Positions 62,410 to 64,000 of a stretch of 64,000 nt of DNA are shown here, piece after piece. Made by a program: the position numbers and the translations under genes. Positions within the stretch are counted from its first letter, which is position 1; each line of letters starts with the position of its first letter. The notes beneath the pieces were generated by a model that saw nothing but the letters and a program-made list of their open reading frames with translations, was not told the origin of the DNA and did not search any database. The stretch is from Octopus sinensis (Eukaryota): positions 99,758,001 through 99,822,000 of the forward strand of contig NC_043005.1 of assembly GCF_006345805.1 (NCBI RefSeq). The letters are read 5' to 3'.

Positions 62410-62577
62410 CAAAATAAGCAACAGGATATCAAATAGTCATGCAGTACAGCTGTTTCAAGCAGCTCCATTTAATTGAACAATGCTATCATTACATTAATTT
62501 AAAAGCAATTCAATTAAATGGAGCCGCTTGAAACGCTCGTACTGCATCACTACTTGATGTTTATTTTGATTTTATTC
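62402..62577. repeat. Imperfect foldback; each arm carries a 3'-half hammerhead
   Basis: ataaaatcaaaataa...ctccatttaattgaa / ttcaattaaatggag...ttattttgattttat; homologous to 6001-6105. Confidence 0.8.
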
Positions 62578-62980
62578 ACCTTACTCCAAGCTGTGCGGAT
62601 AATACCGAACTGACTTGGTGCTTCAACTTAAGTACCTAATTCAACTGAATCTCAATTATATATGTATATGTATGTATGTATGTCAATGTGTATGCGTCTT
62701 TATGTCTGTGTTTGTTTCCACCCCACTTGACAATCTGTGTTGGTGTGTTTGTGTCCCTGTAATTGGTCTCTTTTCTGCTGAAAAGATACCAATAAAATAA
62801 GTACCAGGCTTTAAAAAATAAGTCCAGGGGTTGATTCATTCAACTAAAAAGTCAAGTCAGTGCCCCAGCATGGCCTCAGTCTATTGACTGAAATGAGTAA
62901 AAGAATAAAAGAACAATAATGATATCAATATAGATCCATATCCTGTCTGTATTACTCCTAGCTCTGATCGATTAATCAGA

Positions 62981-63576
62981 AAGGCAGTGAGCTGGCAAGA
63001 TCGTTAGCATGACAGGTGAAATGTTGAGTGGCATTTTGTCTGCCGCTACGTTCTGAGTTCAAATTCCACCGAGGTCGACTTTGCCTTTCATCCTTTCGGG
63101 GTCGATAAATTAAGGACCAGTTACGCACTGGGGTCGATATAATTGTTTGTCCTCTCTGTGTTTAGCCCCATGTGTGTAGTAAAGAAATAGGTATTTTGTC
63201 TGCCACTATGTTCTGAGTTCAAATTCCACCGAGGTCAACTTTGCCTTTCATCCTTTTGGAGTTGATAAATTAAGTACCAGTTACACACTGGAGTCGATCT
63301 AATCAACTGGCTTCCTCTCCCAAAATTTCGGGTCTTGTGTTTAGATTAGAAAAGATTATATAAGGCAATGGGCTGGCAGGATCTTTAGCACGCAAGGCAA
63401 AATGCTTAGCGGTATTTTGTCTGCTGCCATGTTCTGAGTTCAAATTCCACTGAGGTCAACTTCGCCTTTCATCCTTTCGAGATCAATAAATTAAGGGCCA
63501 GTTAAGTATTGGGCTCTATGTAATCGACTTGCCCCTTCCTCTGCAAAATTTCAGGGCTTGTGCCTATAGTAGAAAA
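62981..63576 (+). mobile_element. Three SINE family B units in tandem, flanked by a 15-bp direct repeat
   Basis: Units at 62981-63190, 63188-63360 and 63362-63576; gatcgattaatcaga (62966-80) and gatcgattaatctga (63577-91). Confidence 0.8.
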
Positions 63577-63812
63577 GATCGATTAATCTGAGAGGAAGGT
63601 GGCTAGGACAAATGTAATTATGTTTTAATATATTATTCAGTACATTGTAGATAGAAATGTTAAGGTAGGCGGGTTGGGGCTATATACTTCCCAGGGGTGG
63701 CTTAACTTACCTCCTTTCCCTGCCTCACTCTATGCAGCTATGAAGAGAGCAGTAAGAGGATATAGATTTCAACTCTCTTTTTGGAAATGTGCAATTTCCA
63801 AACACACACACT

Positions 63813-63856
<44 letters not shown>

Positions 63857-64000
63857 ATATATAAATGTTATATATATATAAATGTTATATAAATGTTATA
63901 TATATTTATACATACATACATATATACATACATACATACATAGACACATGCATGCATTTATGTGTGATGGAATGTTATGATGGTGAAGACAATAATATAT

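Larger units (their letters stand above)
61927..62913 (+). mobile_element. SINE family A split by insertions in its central microsatellite
   Basis: Head at 61927-62090 and tail at 62660-62913, separated by two Penelope-type terminal fragments. Confidence 0.75.

Noticed and set aside
1883-63576. tRNA genes suggested by A/B-box-like heads
   Set aside because: Each head continues into a SINE body and lacks a full cloverleaf; called as SINEs.

Overview
AT-rich, repeat-saturated eukaryotic DNA, most likely an octopus/cephalopod genome (inferred from the mix of long (TA)n/(CA)n microsatellites, recurrent tRNA-derived SINE families and RTE, CR1, R4/Dong and Penelope retroelements). No host gene can be called with confidence; nearly all ORF-track ORFs are microsatellite or antisense artefacts. 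Real coding sequence belongs to mobile elements: three related RTE LINE copies (one near full length and broken only by two homopolymer 1-bp deletions; the two longer copies carry a PHD-like C4HC3 finger inside the RT), a CR1-like LINE, two R4/Dong-like fragments, two Penelope-like elements, a mariner pseudogene, a pogo derivative and several MITEs. The most notable signal, invisible to the ORF track, is a set of type I hammerhead ribozyme motifs: 7 full or near-full copies from about 4 sequence families, plus 3'-half copies. They are tied to Penelope-like termini, and several sit in outward-facing inverted repeats or palindromes. A 100-N gap at ~22164-22263 is flanked by a ~1 kb duplication that is probably an assembly artefact.
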